DNA of 64,000 nucleotides from the NCBI RefSeq assembly GCF_963921235.1, contig NC_086097.1, positions 119,104,001 through 119,168,000 on the forward strand, read 5' to 3'. Source of the stretch: Mobula hypostoma (lineage: Eukaryota). The position numbers and the translations under genes are program-made. This document shows positions 24,200 to 37,733 of this stretch, piece by piece (within the stretch, counting starts at the first letter, position 1; each line of letters starts with the position of its first letter). The notes under the pieces were generated by a model, which saw only the letters and a program-made list of their open reading frames with translations, was not told where the DNA came from and ran no database searches.

Positions 24200-24540
24200 C
24201 ACAAGAAGGACACTAAAACTTTCGGTAGACCCTTGAAGTTACACCCATTTACAAAAACTTATCTAAAGTGTGTGTTCGGTCTCCCTCTCACCGTGGCACA
24301 CATCCACTGTTCCCACGGCATGGGTTGCAACCCAGTCCATCGGTCAGCCACCGAAGCAAAAAGAGTAAAAGACAGGGTGCTTTCTGCATGTCAAAATTAT
24401 ACTTCACCGACACCATGATGTCATTGGCCGGTGCTGCGGCACCAAACAGCAACTAGTGGAAGGGCTGTGATGCTCCTTAAACAGACGAATCCCTAGCCAG
24501 CACGGGGGAATGGGTTTCGATGAACAGGTATGATCGGCAC
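24200..24540 (-). promoter_or_regulatory. CpG-retaining unique patch; candidate promoter or first exon
   Basis: About 13 CpG in about 330 bp. Minus strand shows CCAAT, TGACATCA, TATAAT, ATGs and a donor-like CACG|GTGAGA at 24292/24291. Confidence 0.3.
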
Positions 24541-24697
24541 TTAAGGCAATTGCATTGCATTGTAGTGCTGTCGCAAAATAACCAGTTTCATGTTACATGT
24601 CAGTGATAATTAACCTGGTTCTAATTCATCATTTTAATATCAAATTCTGTTGTTTACGGTTGGAAATATGCAGGCTGTTCTGAACTTTAATTTAGAG

Positions 24698-24745
24698 CAG
24701 GGTTCCAACCTGTGGTCTATGTAATAAAAAAGGCTGGGAACCCTG
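24698..24745. mobile_element. 48-bp hAT (Charlie-like) miniature element
   Basis: TIRs CAGGGTTCCAACCT / AGGCTGGGAACCCTG; exact 8-bp TSD ATTTAGAG at 24690-24697 and 24746-24753. Confidence 0.8.
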
Positions 24746-24944
24746 ATTTAGAGGAATTGGTAGGAATTTTCAGGATCTAGCAGGTGACTTAAAAAAATAT
24801 GAGAATTCCTGAACATCCAGACACATCAGTGGTAACTCTGAAGAATGCAAACTTGGATTGGTGTATTTTCAATTATACTTAAGCCCGTCTTTGCAGAAGT
24901 GACCTTGAGTCTGTGTGCTTGTGAACATGAAATATGCTGTGTTC

Positions 24945-25716
24945 TCTCTCGTTTTTCTGCAGATATATCTCCTTATTGTGACAGACGTAATAATGGAGAG
25001 TCTTCATTAATTCATATGTTTTGGTCATATTCGAGCCTTGAAAAATATTCAAAAGATATATTCCAAACTTTTTCTGTACTTTTTAAAGTTAATTTTAAGC
25101 CCAATCCTTTGACTGCCTTATTTGGTATTGTTGAGGAAAGAGCTATAATTTTGGAGCCTTCTCATTTGCGGGTATTGGCTTTTATTTCTTTTATGGCTGG
25201 GGAGAGGGGGGTGATCTTGCTTAAATGGAAGGAGATTGCCCCCCACACACATGCTCAATGGTTATGCAATGTTATGTCACGTTTAAATTTAGAGAAGATT
25301 CATTGTTCGATTTCTGATTCTAATCAAGATTTTTAAATGTTATGGAGACCCTTTCTCAACGATTTTGAAAATCTTTGAATTGTTATTGTTATTAAAATAT
25401 AGATCTGGGCTATTATTATAAGACACTATATGGTAAAGTACTCTTTTTTTTTGTCTTTTTTAACCAACCAGCTTTGTCTTGGTAGTGGGTGTAGATTTTT
25501 TTAATAATATAATTAACCATATTATTGTATTTCATAATTCAATTTGTTTTATTTGATTGATCATGAATATGGGATACCATGATTGTGTCAGTGTGATTTA
25601 TATATAGCGCATTATGTGCTACCTTATTTTGATCTATAATAAGTATCCTTATGAATTCTGTATTTATGTGTATGAAATGTAATAAATTTAATAAAAATAT
25701 TGGAAAAAGAAAGAAA
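24945..25716 (+). mobile_element. L1-clade LINE 3' end (ORF2 zinc-finger region and 3' UTR)
   Basis: SPYCDRRNNGESSLIHMFWS…ILLKWK…LNLEKI; ends with AATAAA and an A-rich tail. Confidence 0.8.
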
Positions 25717-25748
25717 TATGCTGTGTTCATGACTGTATAACCTCAAGA

Positions 25749-25777
25749 TGTGTGTGTGTGTGTGTGTGTGTGTGTGT
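25749..25777. repeat. (TG)n microsatellite
   Basis: Direct reading. Confidence 0.95.
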
Positions 25778-26559
25778 CTAACAGTGCAAGCTTCAGCCAC
25801 TAATTAGTCCAGAATCTAAATGATTTTCATTTAAAAGGCTAATTTAAAGATTTAAGTGAATAAAATTACAAGCTATTCATTCATGTTTTTTAAAAAAAAC
25901 ACTTTTTTTGATGAATGCATGGGAAATGAAAAGGATAAGTATCTTTTTCTACTTTCATTTTAATTCAAAGGAATCCGATTTCTCTTTGTAACCTGTCCAG
26001 ACTGTAGCTGGGAGGGAAAAGAGGTTCACCTGTTCTAGGAGCACTGCCAAAACCATTGCAAATTCACCAATTAAGAAGCTTATGAGAGGTATCCGGTTCA
26101 ACTTCTCCCTTATTGCTTCTACATCCCTAAAGGGAATCTTGTGACAGCATGTTGGAGTGTCACTAAGTCAGCATGGCTGTAATTGGCCACAGCTTCAGTA
26201 CAGTGTCTGCTTGCTGCATGTGGCCTACTTCATTGCAAAAAAATCCTATCATTTATTAATGGGAACATTTCCAAAATCAAATCTATTCAAGCAGGTGTCA
26301 TTAAGGAGTTGAGATTCCTCATTATTAGAAAACATGCTAACTGAGAATTAACATTGTAATCACACTTGTGTAGTATACCTTAGACCATAGGACCAGAAGA
26401 CACAGGAATAGAATTATGTCATTTGGCCCATTGAGTCTGCTCCATCATTCAATCCTGACTGATTTATTATCCTGCTCAGCTCCTTTCTTCTGCCTTCTCC
26501 CCATAAATTTTGACACCCTGACTAATCAAGAACCTGTCAAGCTCCACTTTAAATATAAT

Positions 26560-28200
26560 CAGAATCCGAATCAAAGTCAGATTTATTATCACCGGCATGT
26601 GTCATGAAATTTGTTAACTTAGAAGCAGCAGTTCAATGCAATACATAATACAGGAGAAAGAAAAACATAAAATAACAATAATAATAATAAATAAATAAAT
26701 AAATCAATTACAGTATACACATATTGAAGAGATTAAAAATCACGCAAAAAACAGAAATAATATGTATTTAAAAAGTGAGGAAGTGTTCAAGGGTTAAATG
26801 TCCATTTAGGATGTGCCTTCAGGCTTCTGTACCTCCTACCTGATGGTAACAGTGAGAAAAGGGGATGCCCTGGGTGCTGGAGGTCCTTAATAATGGATGC
26901 TGCCTTTCTGAGACACCAGTCCTTGAAGATGACCTGGGTATTTTGTAGGCTAGTACCCAAGATGGAGCCGACTAAATGTACAACCCTCTGCAGCTTCTTC
27001 TGGTGCATTAGTCTCCCCATACCAGACAATGATGTAGCCTGTCAGAATGCTCTCCACGGTACAACTATAGAAGTTTTTGAGTGTATTTGTTGACATGCCA
27101 AGTCTCTTCAAATTCCTTATAAAGTATAGTCACTGTCCTGTCTTCTTCATAACTGCGGGTTAGGTCCTGAGAGATCTTGACAGCCAGGAACTGGAAACTG
27201 TGCACTCTCTCCACTTCTGATGCCTCTATGAGGATTGGTATGTGTTCTTTTGACTCACCCTTCCTGAAGTCCACAATCAGCTCTTTCGTCTTACTGATGA
27301 TGAATGCAAAGTTATTGCTGCGACACCACTCCACTAGTTGTCATATCTCGCTCCTGTACACCCTCTCGTATCAATCTGAGACACTAACAACAATGGTTGT
27401 ATCATCAGCAAATTTATAGATGGCATTTGAGCTATGCCTAGCCCCACAGTCATGGGTATCGAGAGAGTAGAGCAGTGGGCTAAGCACACACCCTGAGGTG
27501 CACCAGTGTTGATCGTCAGCAAGGAAAAGATGTTATCACCAATCCACACAGATTGTGGCCTTCCAGTTAGGAATTCGAGGATCCAGTTGCAGAGGGAAGT
27601 AAAGAGGCCCAGATTCTGTAACTTCTCAATCAGGATTGTGGGAATGATGATATTATATGCTGAGCTATAGTTGATGAGCAGCATTCTGACATAGGCTGTT
27701 TGTATTGTCCAGGTGGTCTAAGGCCATGTGAAGAGCCATTGAGATTGCATCTGCCATTGAACTATTGTGGCAATAGGCAAACTGCAATGGGTCCAGGTCC
27801 TTGCTGAGGCAGGAGTTCAGTCTAGTCATGACCACCCTCTCAAAGCATTTCATCACTGTAGATGTGATTGCTACCAGGTGATAATCATTAAGATAGCTCA
27901 CATTATTCTTTTTAGGCATTGGTATAATTGTTGGCTTTTTGAAGCAAGTGGAAAATTTTGCCCATAGCAGTGAGAGGTTGAAAATGTCTTTGAATACTCC
28001 CGCTGGTTGGTTGGTACAGGTTTTCAGAGCCTTACCGGGTAGTCCATTGGTACATTCTGCCTTGCGAGAGTTCACTCTCCTTAAAGACAGCCTAACATTA
28101 ACCTCTGGGACAGAGATCACAGGGTCATCAGGTGCAGCAGGGATCTTCACAGTTGTAGTTATATTCTCCATCTCCCTTTCAAAGCGGGCATAGAAGACAT
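26560..28200 (-). mobile_element. Rex1/Babar LINE RT and 3' end, decayed
   Basis: LNDYHLVAITSTVMKCFER…LDPLQFAY; NTGAPQG; ISKTKELIVDFRK; (TTCTGA)-like tail. Confidence 0.9.
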
Positions 28201-29779
28201 TGAAGTTCCTTTTGGGGAAGCTGTTGTGTATTATATATTTGAGTTATTTTGTGTATACAGTATTACCTCCAGCTTCTCACTTCATACCCCATCCCCACTA
28301 CCCATCCAGTGCCTACTATCATGATTTGGCTTGTACTTCTTGATCTCCCACCACCTTCATGTTCTAGCTTCGTCCCTGTTCATTCATTTCCATGGATGCT
28401 GCCTAATCAGTTGAATTCCTCCAGCATTTTGTATGTGTTATTCTGTGTACACTTCTTTCTATAGACTTTTGCATTCTTGGGCATTGATGTTTCAATACCA
28501 GCCAGTGATGGTACTCTCCACTGTGCATCTATTGAAGTTTGTCAAAGTTTTTGGTGACGTGCCGAATCTACAAAACCTTCAAAGAAAATAGAGGCACTAC
28601 TTTGTGATATCACTTACAGTATGTGCTAGTCGCAGGAATATGTGAAATAATTTATAATTAATTCGTTTTTCTTGTGAATGCTGCTTGTATGATTCTATGT
28701 ACTTATGTTGCTGAAAGTAAGTTCTTACATTGCACCTGTTAATACATATACCTGTGCATATGACAATAAACTTGGTTTTGTCTTTGACATTTTGCCTATA
28801 GTCTTAACAAGTCCACAGCAGAAGACATTTCATTGGCTTTTCACTCAGCTCTGGAACATCTGAAGAATGAAAATGCATGCAACAGGATGCTCTTCATTGA
28901 CTACAGCTCAGCATTATCATCGCCTCAAAACTAATCCTAAACTTAAGCCGCGATACCTCCCTGTACAACTGGATCCTTGATTTCCTCACTTGCAGACTCC
29001 AGTCTGTACACAGCCCAGAAACTCAAGGCAGTCTATGGTGACTTATCGTACTTAGATAATCACTCAGGAGTTTGCAGTTTGATTTTGACCGGATTGCTCC
29101 ATCAGGAGTTGGCAAAACCATAATGAGCTGAACAGTCTCTTTCTATATTACTTCATTTCTACAGTTTTATGTTATATTACTTTATGATGTGATTTGATAG
29201 GATAAAGGATGCAAGAATGTTGAAGGAAAGGTAGTTATTGGTTTGAAAGCATAATCACAAGTAGACTGGAGATTCCAAAGGTGGATACAGAATGATATAT
29301 TTTCGGCTGTGGAAGTGTGACATGACTCGAGAGGAATCCTGGAAGGTGATGAGTAATGGCTTTATATGTGACTGAGGCAGTGAGAATAGAGAGCTTAAAC
29401 ACATTGAATGGCAAAGGAGAGAAAGGGGAAGGTTGTAAGTTGATGTGGTTGAAGTAAACGATACTGGACAAATGAGCGAGAAAGGACATGCTGATGCTAG
29501 GAGGAAACTTGTGTCAAACTAAAGCAAAGGTAAAAGCCAGATGGATTTTTTTCATGTTGTATGCCAGCTTCAGTCAAGTATTATAAAGTGTTAGAAAAGA
29601 AGTTATGTTTTACGTAATTCTTTGGTTCAAACATAAAACAGGTTGTAGTTGTGCTCTGTTACTGAGAATTATTTATAACCCAAACAACATGGATGTTAGA
29701 AATAGAGCAACCTGGTAACATATTTAAATAAAAATACTTGGACCCATCCTGGACAAAATATATTTATCTATTTATTTAT

Positions 29780-30045
29780 TTATTGAGATACAGCACGTCC
29801 CAGGCCTGTCTAATCCTTTGAGCCACGCCACCCAGCAATCCTCCAGTTGAATCCTAGGGCCATTTACAATGACCAATTAGCTTACCAACTGTTGTGTCTT
29901 TGGACTGTGGGTGGAAACCTGAGCACCCCGAGAAAACCCACCTGTTTATGGGGAGACCGCACAAACACCTTACAGACAGTGGTTGGAAAATGAACCCATG
30001 TCACTGGTACTATAAAACATTATGCTAACCACTATGCTACAGTTA
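29780..30045 (-). mobile_element. V-SINE-like tRNA SINE
   Basis: Reverse complement of the V-domain GGGTTTTCTCGGGGTGCTCAGGTTTCCACCCACAGTCCAAAGAC, with a tRNA-like head near 30040. Confidence 0.7.
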
Positions 30046-30704
30046 AGCCAGGTCATTTAACTCAATCAGTCATATATTGCCCTGGACTGAGTTTCCACAT
30101 GACAGGATATGCCAGCTGCATGGCAGAAGTTGGAAATCCTTCCCACCAGTCTCCCATGCTCTTGTATAGCCTGCCCATAAGTCAGATGTTGATAAACAGG
30201 AGAGTACAGAAGATTAATTGTTTCCCTTGTTTATATTAGATTTTGTCCCCCTTGTTTTCCATCAGTCTTTATCTTGGGACTTCATTTTGGATATCTGATT
30301 GTATTAGGTATCCAATTCAGGAGGTTTCATCAATGCAGCTCCATATTATAATAATAGACACTGAACAGTAAAGTCCCCAGCTCCTGATGATAAGGATTAT
30401 TCATTCGCAGAAGAAACCATGACGATGAAATAAAGAAAAACCAATGCATAACCAAAATGTGTAACTTTCTCCCTTTATTCTCTGACATTTTAAAATCTTT
30501 ATTAAGGCCATGGTTTATGCTCTCAGGTTCCCCCTCTCTGTTCTCACACTTGTCTGAAATTGTGCTTCCTGCAATCATTTCTGAGAATTGTCTACCCTTA
30601 TGAACTGGATGTTTTGCTTACCAGGCAGAATTCTGACTGATGACTTCAGGTTCAAGAGTCTTTTCTCTATTACCATGAACGTATCTGACCTGGAGAATAC
30701 AGTA

Positions 30705-31120
30705 AGATAGGTGGCTAGAGAAGACTCTGGTCAGGCCACACTTGGACTATTGTGGGCAGTTTTGGACCTTTTATCTGAAAAAGGATATTCTGGCATTGGA
30801 GAGGGTCCAGAGGAGTTTCACGAGAATGATCAGGAAATAAAAGGGTTAACACCTGAGCAGCATTTGATGGCTCAGGGCCTGTACTCACTGGAGTTTTGAA
30901 GAATGGGGGTGGAGAATCTCATTGAAACCTATTTAATATTGAAAGGCCTGGATAGAGTGGATGTGGTGGGGATGCTTCCTATAGTGGGAGTGTCTAGGAC
31001 AGCCTCAGAATAAAAGGATATCCCTTCAGAATAGAGATGAGGAGGTATTTCTTAAGCCACTGGATGGTGAATCAATGGAATTCATTACCACAGATGGCTG
31101 TGGAAGCCAAATCATTGGGC
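30705..31120 (+). mobile_element. CR1 ORF2 3' fragment, followed by a Rex1/Babar tail to about 31410
   Basis: LVRPHLDYCGQFW…ERVQRSFTRMI…WNSLPQMAVEA. Confidence 0.8.
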
Positions 31121-32439
31121 AAGGCCTGAAAGCACACACTTAGTGATTCAGGAACAGCTTCTTCCCCTTTGCCATCCGGTTCTTAAATGGACATTGAGCC
31201 TGTGAACACTACCTCACTTTTTAAATATATATTATTTCTGCTTATTTGCATGATTTTTAATGTATTCAATATATGTATACTGTAATTGATTTACTTATTT
31301 ATTTATTTTTCTTCTTCTTCTTTATTATGTATTGCATTGAACTGCTGCTACTAAGTTAACAAATTTGACGACACATGCCGGTGACAATAAACCTGATTCT
31401 GATTCTGGTTCTGCATTGACATACATGATGAACCGCGCTTATTGCACCAAAATGGGGAGCTTATGAGCCCCAGCGCATGCATGATTTCAAAAGCTATTTA
31501 GTCAGGAGGAAGCGGAATGAAAAGTATACATATTAATAACGTCCACTTGTGTATTTCACCTCCATACGTACTCAATGTGCTCTGTCTAAATGTTGTCCCT
31601 GAAATTCTCTGAGGGTAGTGTACTATAATGCACACGTCCTATATCAGACTCCTATATTTATAATTTGTTTTGCCATCATGTCCCTGATCTGCTTTCCACT
31701 GCCAGTGTCACTTGGGCATAGGGAAATGAGATGAGTGCTGTGCCAAAGGAAGAGTAATATTTTTACTGAGGACCGGCATTGCAAATGAGGTGCTATGGAG
31801 ACATTTATTAGAGTGTTTTCACAGATGAGAGATTTCAGCTCTACTGTTTAATTAGAGAGGCTAGCGCTGCTTTCAGAGTAAAGTCATTTGAGGTGAGATT
31901 TGATAGACAATCATAATCAAAGGGCAGACAGAGAGAAGCCATTCCCATAAGCAGAGAGTTCAAAGACTAGAAATACAAACATGTAAGTTTCCAAAGCATC
32001 TGAGCAAGACATAAAGCTCTTTTACACAGAGGGTAATTATCGTCTGGAATTCTGTACATGTAAGAGTGGTGGAAGTAAACTAAATCAGTAATTTTAATTG
32101 GTACATGAATGTACAAGAACATGAGAAAAAATAACTTTTACATCAATGGGAAAGAAGAAAGGAATGGTTACTGACTACGCACTTCTTAAAAATTCTAAAA
32201 ATTGCCAAAGTCAAACAAAGTTTATTTCCAAGTACTTTTATGTTATCATAGAATAAATACATTGAGTAGTACCTCATTCTTCTTGCCGGCCTTTCCAGGA
32301 CAGTAAAGAAATACAATAGAATTTACAAAAAAACTAGACATCAATAAAGACTGATAACAAATGCTCAAAAGAAGACAAACTGTTCAAATAAAACAAAACG
32401 ATGTCAAAAACATGAGTTGTAGAGAGTCCTTGAAATCAG

Positions 32440-34400
32440 AATCAGAATCAGACTTAATATCACTAATATTGAAAGATAAAAGATCATCTGTCATGAATTC
32501 TATTTTGTTTTATGGCAACAGTACAGTGCAAAACATAATAAAACAATAAAATAAAATAAGAATTTCACTCAATGATCACTTTATTCGGTACTTGTCTTCC
32601 ACTACTGTAGTCCATACACTTCAAGTTTTAAATTTCTGTGCTTTTCTGCACACCACTATTGTAACATATGGTTATTTGAGTTACTGGCACCTTCCTGTCA
32701 GCTTGAACCAATTTGGTCATTGTCCTCTGACATCCCTCATTAGCAAGGCATTTTCATCCACACAACTACCAGTTTACTGGATTTTTTTTTTGCACAATTC
32801 TCCATAAACTCTAGAAACTGTTGTGTGTGAAAATCCCAGGAGGCCAGCAGTTTCTGAGGTGCTCAAAACATCCCGTGTGGCATCAACAGTCATTGCATGG
32901 TCACATATTTTTCCCATTCTGATGTTTTGTCTGAACAACAACTGAACCTCTTGACCGTGACTGCATGGTTTATGCATTGAGTTGCTACCACATGATTGGA
33001 TAATCAGATATTTGTACTAACGAGCACCTAATAAAGTGGCCACTGAGTGCACATGTATATTTATGAATATATTTAAAATAAATAAATAAATAGGGCAAAA
33101 AGACAACAAAAAAACGAGTAAGGTAGTCTTCATGGATTGGTGCATTGTCCATACAGAAATATAGTGGTGGAGGGGATAAAGCTGTTCCTAAAATGCTGAG
33201 AGTGTGTCTTCAGGCACACGTATCTAATCACTGAAGGCAGCAATGAGAATTGGACATGTCTTGAGTGATGGGGGACAATAATGATGGATGCCAACTTTTT
33301 GAGGCATTGCCTTTGGAAGATGTTCTCATACTGGGAAAGCTAGTGTCCAAGATGGAGTAGGCTGAGTGTTCAAACCTCTGCAACTTTCTCCCCTCCTGTG
33401 ATGAAACCAGTTAGAATGCTTTCCAAGATACATCTTTTAATATTGTTGCAATCTTTGATGACATGCCAAACTCCTCAAACTCCTAATGAAATATAGCTGC
33501 TGTTGTACCTTCTTCATACTTGTATAATTATGTTGGGCCCAGGGTAGACCTTCAGAGATGTCCACACCCAGGAACTTGAAACTGCTCACCCTTTCCATTT
33601 CTGATCCCTCAATAAGGACCGGTGTGTGGTCCTCTGACTTCCCTTTCCTGAAGTCCACAATCAAATCCTTGATCTTACCGATGCTGAGTGCAAGGTTGTT
33701 GTTTTGACACCACTGAACCAGCAGATCTATCTCACTCCCGTAGCCGCCGTGTCACCATCTGATATTCTGCCAATAACAGTTGTGCCTGAGTCAAATTTAC
33801 TGATGGCATTTTGAGATGTGCTTTGCCACAGAGTCATGACTATATCGTGAGTAGAGCAGTGGGCTAGGCACACATCCTTGAGTTGCACCAGTGTTGCTTG
33901 TCAGTGAGGATGTGACATTATTTACAATCCACACTGACTGCGGTCTCTAATGAGGAAGTCAAAGACCCGGTTGCAGAGTGAAGTACGGTTTTGAAGTTTT
34001 TTGGTTAGTACTAAGGGAATAATGATGTTGAATGCTAAGCTGTAATCAGTAAACAAGAGCCTGACATAGATAATGCTATTGTCTAGATGGCACAAGGCTG
34101 AGTGGAGAGCCAGTGAGGCTGCACCCGCCATAGACCTATTGTCAAATGTCCGGGTCCTTGCTTAGGTAGAAGTTGATTCTGGCCATGACCAAGCCCTTCA
34201 TTAAAAATAAAGCATTTCGTTAGGTTTTGCTTGAAGGAGGTAATGGCCTGCAAATCATTCCAGAGATGACATGCATCCAATTCTGTCTCTACCTTCAATT
34301 AGAATTGTTTTTTTTTTGCTTTTAAAATGGCCTTCTGTAGGTCTTAACTGGTTTTTTTGTATAGGTCTGGATCACTGGTTTTGAACGTCAGAGGTGTAAC
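32440..34400 (-). mobile_element. Rex1/Babar LINE, decayed, interrupted by a Tc1-like element
   Basis: YVRLLFTDYSLAFNII; IVDFRKGKSEDH…ERVSSFKFLGVDISE. Confidence 0.85.
32566..33049 (-). mobile_element. Tc1-like non-autonomous DNA transposon
   Basis: TIRs CACTCAATGATCACTTTATT / AATAAAGTGGCCACTGAGTG; remnant SETAGLLGFSHTTVSRVY. Confidence 0.85.
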
Positions 34401-34659
34401 AGTCAAGATTGTCTTTAAGTTGTAGGATCAGCTCGGAGTTGAGGTCAGTGAGGTTATCGAAGCTGGCTCTGAAGTATGATCGTTTTAGAGTAATAGCTTT
34501 TCCTGAACTTGGCTTCTGTATCTCTTGCACCATGTTAGTAATGAGAAGAGCGCATGGCCTGGATGGTGGGGTTCTTTAATGATGGATGCTGCGTTCTTGT
34601 GGTAGCGCTAAATAGTGGGAAGGCTTTGGGCTGTGATACACTAGGTTGGAACCACTATA

Positions 34660-35145
34660 TAAACACAAAAGATTCTATAGATGCCGCAAATCCAGAGAAA
34701 CACACACAAAATGCTGGAGGAGCTCAGCAGGTCATGCAACACCCATGAAAAGGGATGAACAGTTGACATTTCAGGAACAAGCAGAATTTCCAGGGGGCCA
34801 AACATTTTAATTTCAACCCCCACTCCAATTCTGACATGTCAGTCCATGGCCTCCTCTACTGCTATGATGAGACCCCTCTCAGGTTGGAAGAGCAACATCT
34901 CATATTCCATCAGGAAGCATCCAACCTGATGGTACAAACATTGATTTCTATAATTCTGGTATTTTTTTCCCACTTCCACTCCCACTTCTTCCATTCCCCA
35001 CACTGGCTCTCTTCTTACCTCTTTTCTTCTTCTTACCTGCCTATAGCTTCCCCCCGATGCTCCCCTTCCTTTCCTTTCTCTCATGGTCCGCTCTCCTCCC
35101 CTTTCAGATTCCTTGTTCTTCAGCCTTTTATCATTTCTACCTACA
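34660..35145. mobile_element. PLE fragment: inverted terminal repeat abutting a GIY-YIG C-terminus
   Basis: 34660-34780 is the terminal repeat in minus orientation; 34800-35145 reads SDMSVHGLLYCYDETPLRLEEQHLIF on plus. Confidence 0.75.
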
Positions 35146-35319
35146 GTATATTCTGTTCTGGAAATGATTCAGTAAATACCAGGCACATTATTGAACAAAC
35201 ACGATAAAGCAGTGTTGTTAATGCTCTCACATCTGCTCATTGTCAATTGGTTTGTTGTTTTCATATACAGTATACTGAGATACAGTGAAAAGCTTTGTTT
35301 TGCATGTTTCGATGAAGAC

Positions 35320-35790
35320 CAGTCCATCACAGGCAAAGCCCTCCCCACCAATGGGCACACTTACAAGGAACACTGCCACAAGAAAGCAGCATCCATCACC
35401 ATGGAACACCATAATCCACACCATGATCTCTTCTTGCTACTACCAACAGGCAGGAGATACAGAAGCCTTAGGTCACACACCACCAGGTTCAGGAACATTT
35501 ATTAACATAACCAGCATGGATAACTTCACTCACCACAACTCTGAAAGATTCTACAACCTACAGTCTCACTTTCAAGGACGTTACAACTCATGATCTCAGT
35601 AGTTTTTTATTTGCTCTTTTTTTTGTACATTGATTGTTTATCAGTCTTCATTTATGTGTGTTTTTTTTGTAAATTTTATTGCATTTATTTGTTTTTTTTT
35701 AATTCCTGTAAGTGCCTGCAAGAAAATGAATTTTAAGGGAGTACATGGTAAAATATATGTACTTTAAAAATAAATGTTCTTGGACTATCC
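35320..35790 (+). mobile_element. Rex1/Babar-derived 3' fragment
   Basis: SITGKALPT…CHKKAASI…LLPTGRRYRSLRSHTTRFRN. Confidence 0.75.
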
Positions 35791-37733
35791 AAACATATTA
35801 CTGCAAACATGAGTACATTAAGGTAGTACAATAGGAAAAAGGAGAATGTTACAGTTACAGAGAAAATGCAGTGCATTGTCAAAGCTTTGTATCTTCCGCC
35901 AGATAGAAGGAGAGAGAAGGGATAATGACCAGCGTTGAAGTGGGCTTTGATTATGTTGGCTGCTTTTCTGGGACAGTGGGAAGGCTGCCTTCATGATAGA
36001 CTGGACTACGTTCACACTCTCTGCAATTTCCTGAAATCTCCAGATCTCCAGTAGCAATTAAATCTAAAGTAGTGTAGCTCCCACATTTGTAATGGTTAAT
36101 TATTTATTTCTCACAAAGACTGACTAGCAGTAATTAACATTTATCACATTATTGAAAAAAATCATTTGATGCAGAGGAGACTTGGCTTTCACATCCACTA
36201 CGCAAGAGCAATATCTTCACATCATTCAGTACTGGAGCCTGACAGCCAGGCACTATCTCCATCCAGCTATCAACAATGTGATGCATTACATACTGATGCT
36301 TCCACATTTTGTGGTTAACAACTGAGCGACAGTCCCCAGAAGCATATCTAACAGTGAATGCTATTAGCCACACACTTATTCTGTCAGTAAGCAATGGGTC
36401 TCCATGAGTTATGCTGAAGGACAGTAGCATGCACTACCATCCTCTTAAATAACTGCATTCATACAATTCTAAAGTAAACAAAGATGTATTACATTTCTCA
36501 GCTAATTTTATAGGAATAGTACTACACCACAATTGTTTTCCAGGGCTTATGGGAAATAACTACAGAGTCTCTATGCAAAAATCTGCTATTATGGCAGCTT
36601 GTCTCAACCATGTGGCAAATCTTTAAGAGCAACATGCACACAAAATGTTGGAGAAGTTAAGCAGTTCAGACAGTATCGATGGAAATGTATGAACAGTCAG
36701 CCTTCGGGCCAAGACCCTTCATCTGGTCTCACCAGGCAGGTTTTTACTTTTTTTTATTTCGAGGTACAGCGTGGTAGTTGGCCCTTCCAGCCCACCAAGC
36801 CTCTGTGGCTCTACCTCACCCATGTGAACAATTAACCGACGAACCCGCACGTCTCCCAGGCAGGAGTGAGTTGGAGACAGTTCCTTGTGGATATTAGGCA
36901 CCGGGGTTAAAAAGTGACCGCAGCCTGTTGGGACTTGTCCACCAAGTGGGAGATTGCTCGGATTATTAGTAACTTAGCAAGGACCAATAAAAAGAAGTGA
37001 GGTGTAAGTGGAGCTGCCATTGTGGGAGCATCCATTGTGTGAATGGGCCAGTATTAGAGTGGTCAGGATTTTGGTTGACAGACTTAGGCAAGAATGATCA
37101 GAGGCTGAGGGCGCTGAGTTATTTGGAATCATTTAGTTGATTTTAGAACTTAAGAAGTCGGAACCAAAGGTATAACAAGTGGGCTTTCCCCGGGTGCTCT
37201 GGTTCCTTCCCACAGTCCAAAGAGATACTGGGTGGTCGTTAAGGCAGTGGAATGCTCCTCCTATAAGACGTGGGATTCCCAGCTACCTAATGGCATCCCT
37301 GATGACTCTTCCTGCAGGAAGAGCACCCGACTTCAGCTCCTGACTGACAGGGCCATGTAACTGGAGCGGGAGCTGCTTGCGCCAGGGACCATTCGGGAAG
37401 ATGGAAACATCATAGACAGAGCTTTTACTGACGTGACCACTCCCAGTGTGTAGGCTTCAGAGAGTAGACGGGTGACCAGCAGAAGAGGTATAGGGAGTAT
37501 GCAGTCAAGGCAGGGTTCCCCTTCAGCAATAAGTACATCCCTCTGGATACTGAGGTGCGTAATACCTATCTGGACATGGTAGCAGCAGCCAGGTCAGTTG
37601 TACTGTGGCTGGCTCCTGGGCTCAGCAGGGAAGGCTAAAGTCAGGCAGAGTGATAGTGATAGGAGACTCTGTGGTCGTGAAAGAGACGCCAGGATGATGT
37701 ATTGGCTCCCAGGTGCTAGGGTCCAGGACATCT

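Noticed and set aside
36149..36430. Possible exon in unique sequence (also 50320-50640)
   Set aside because: No matched acceptor and donor around an open frame, and no recognised homology.
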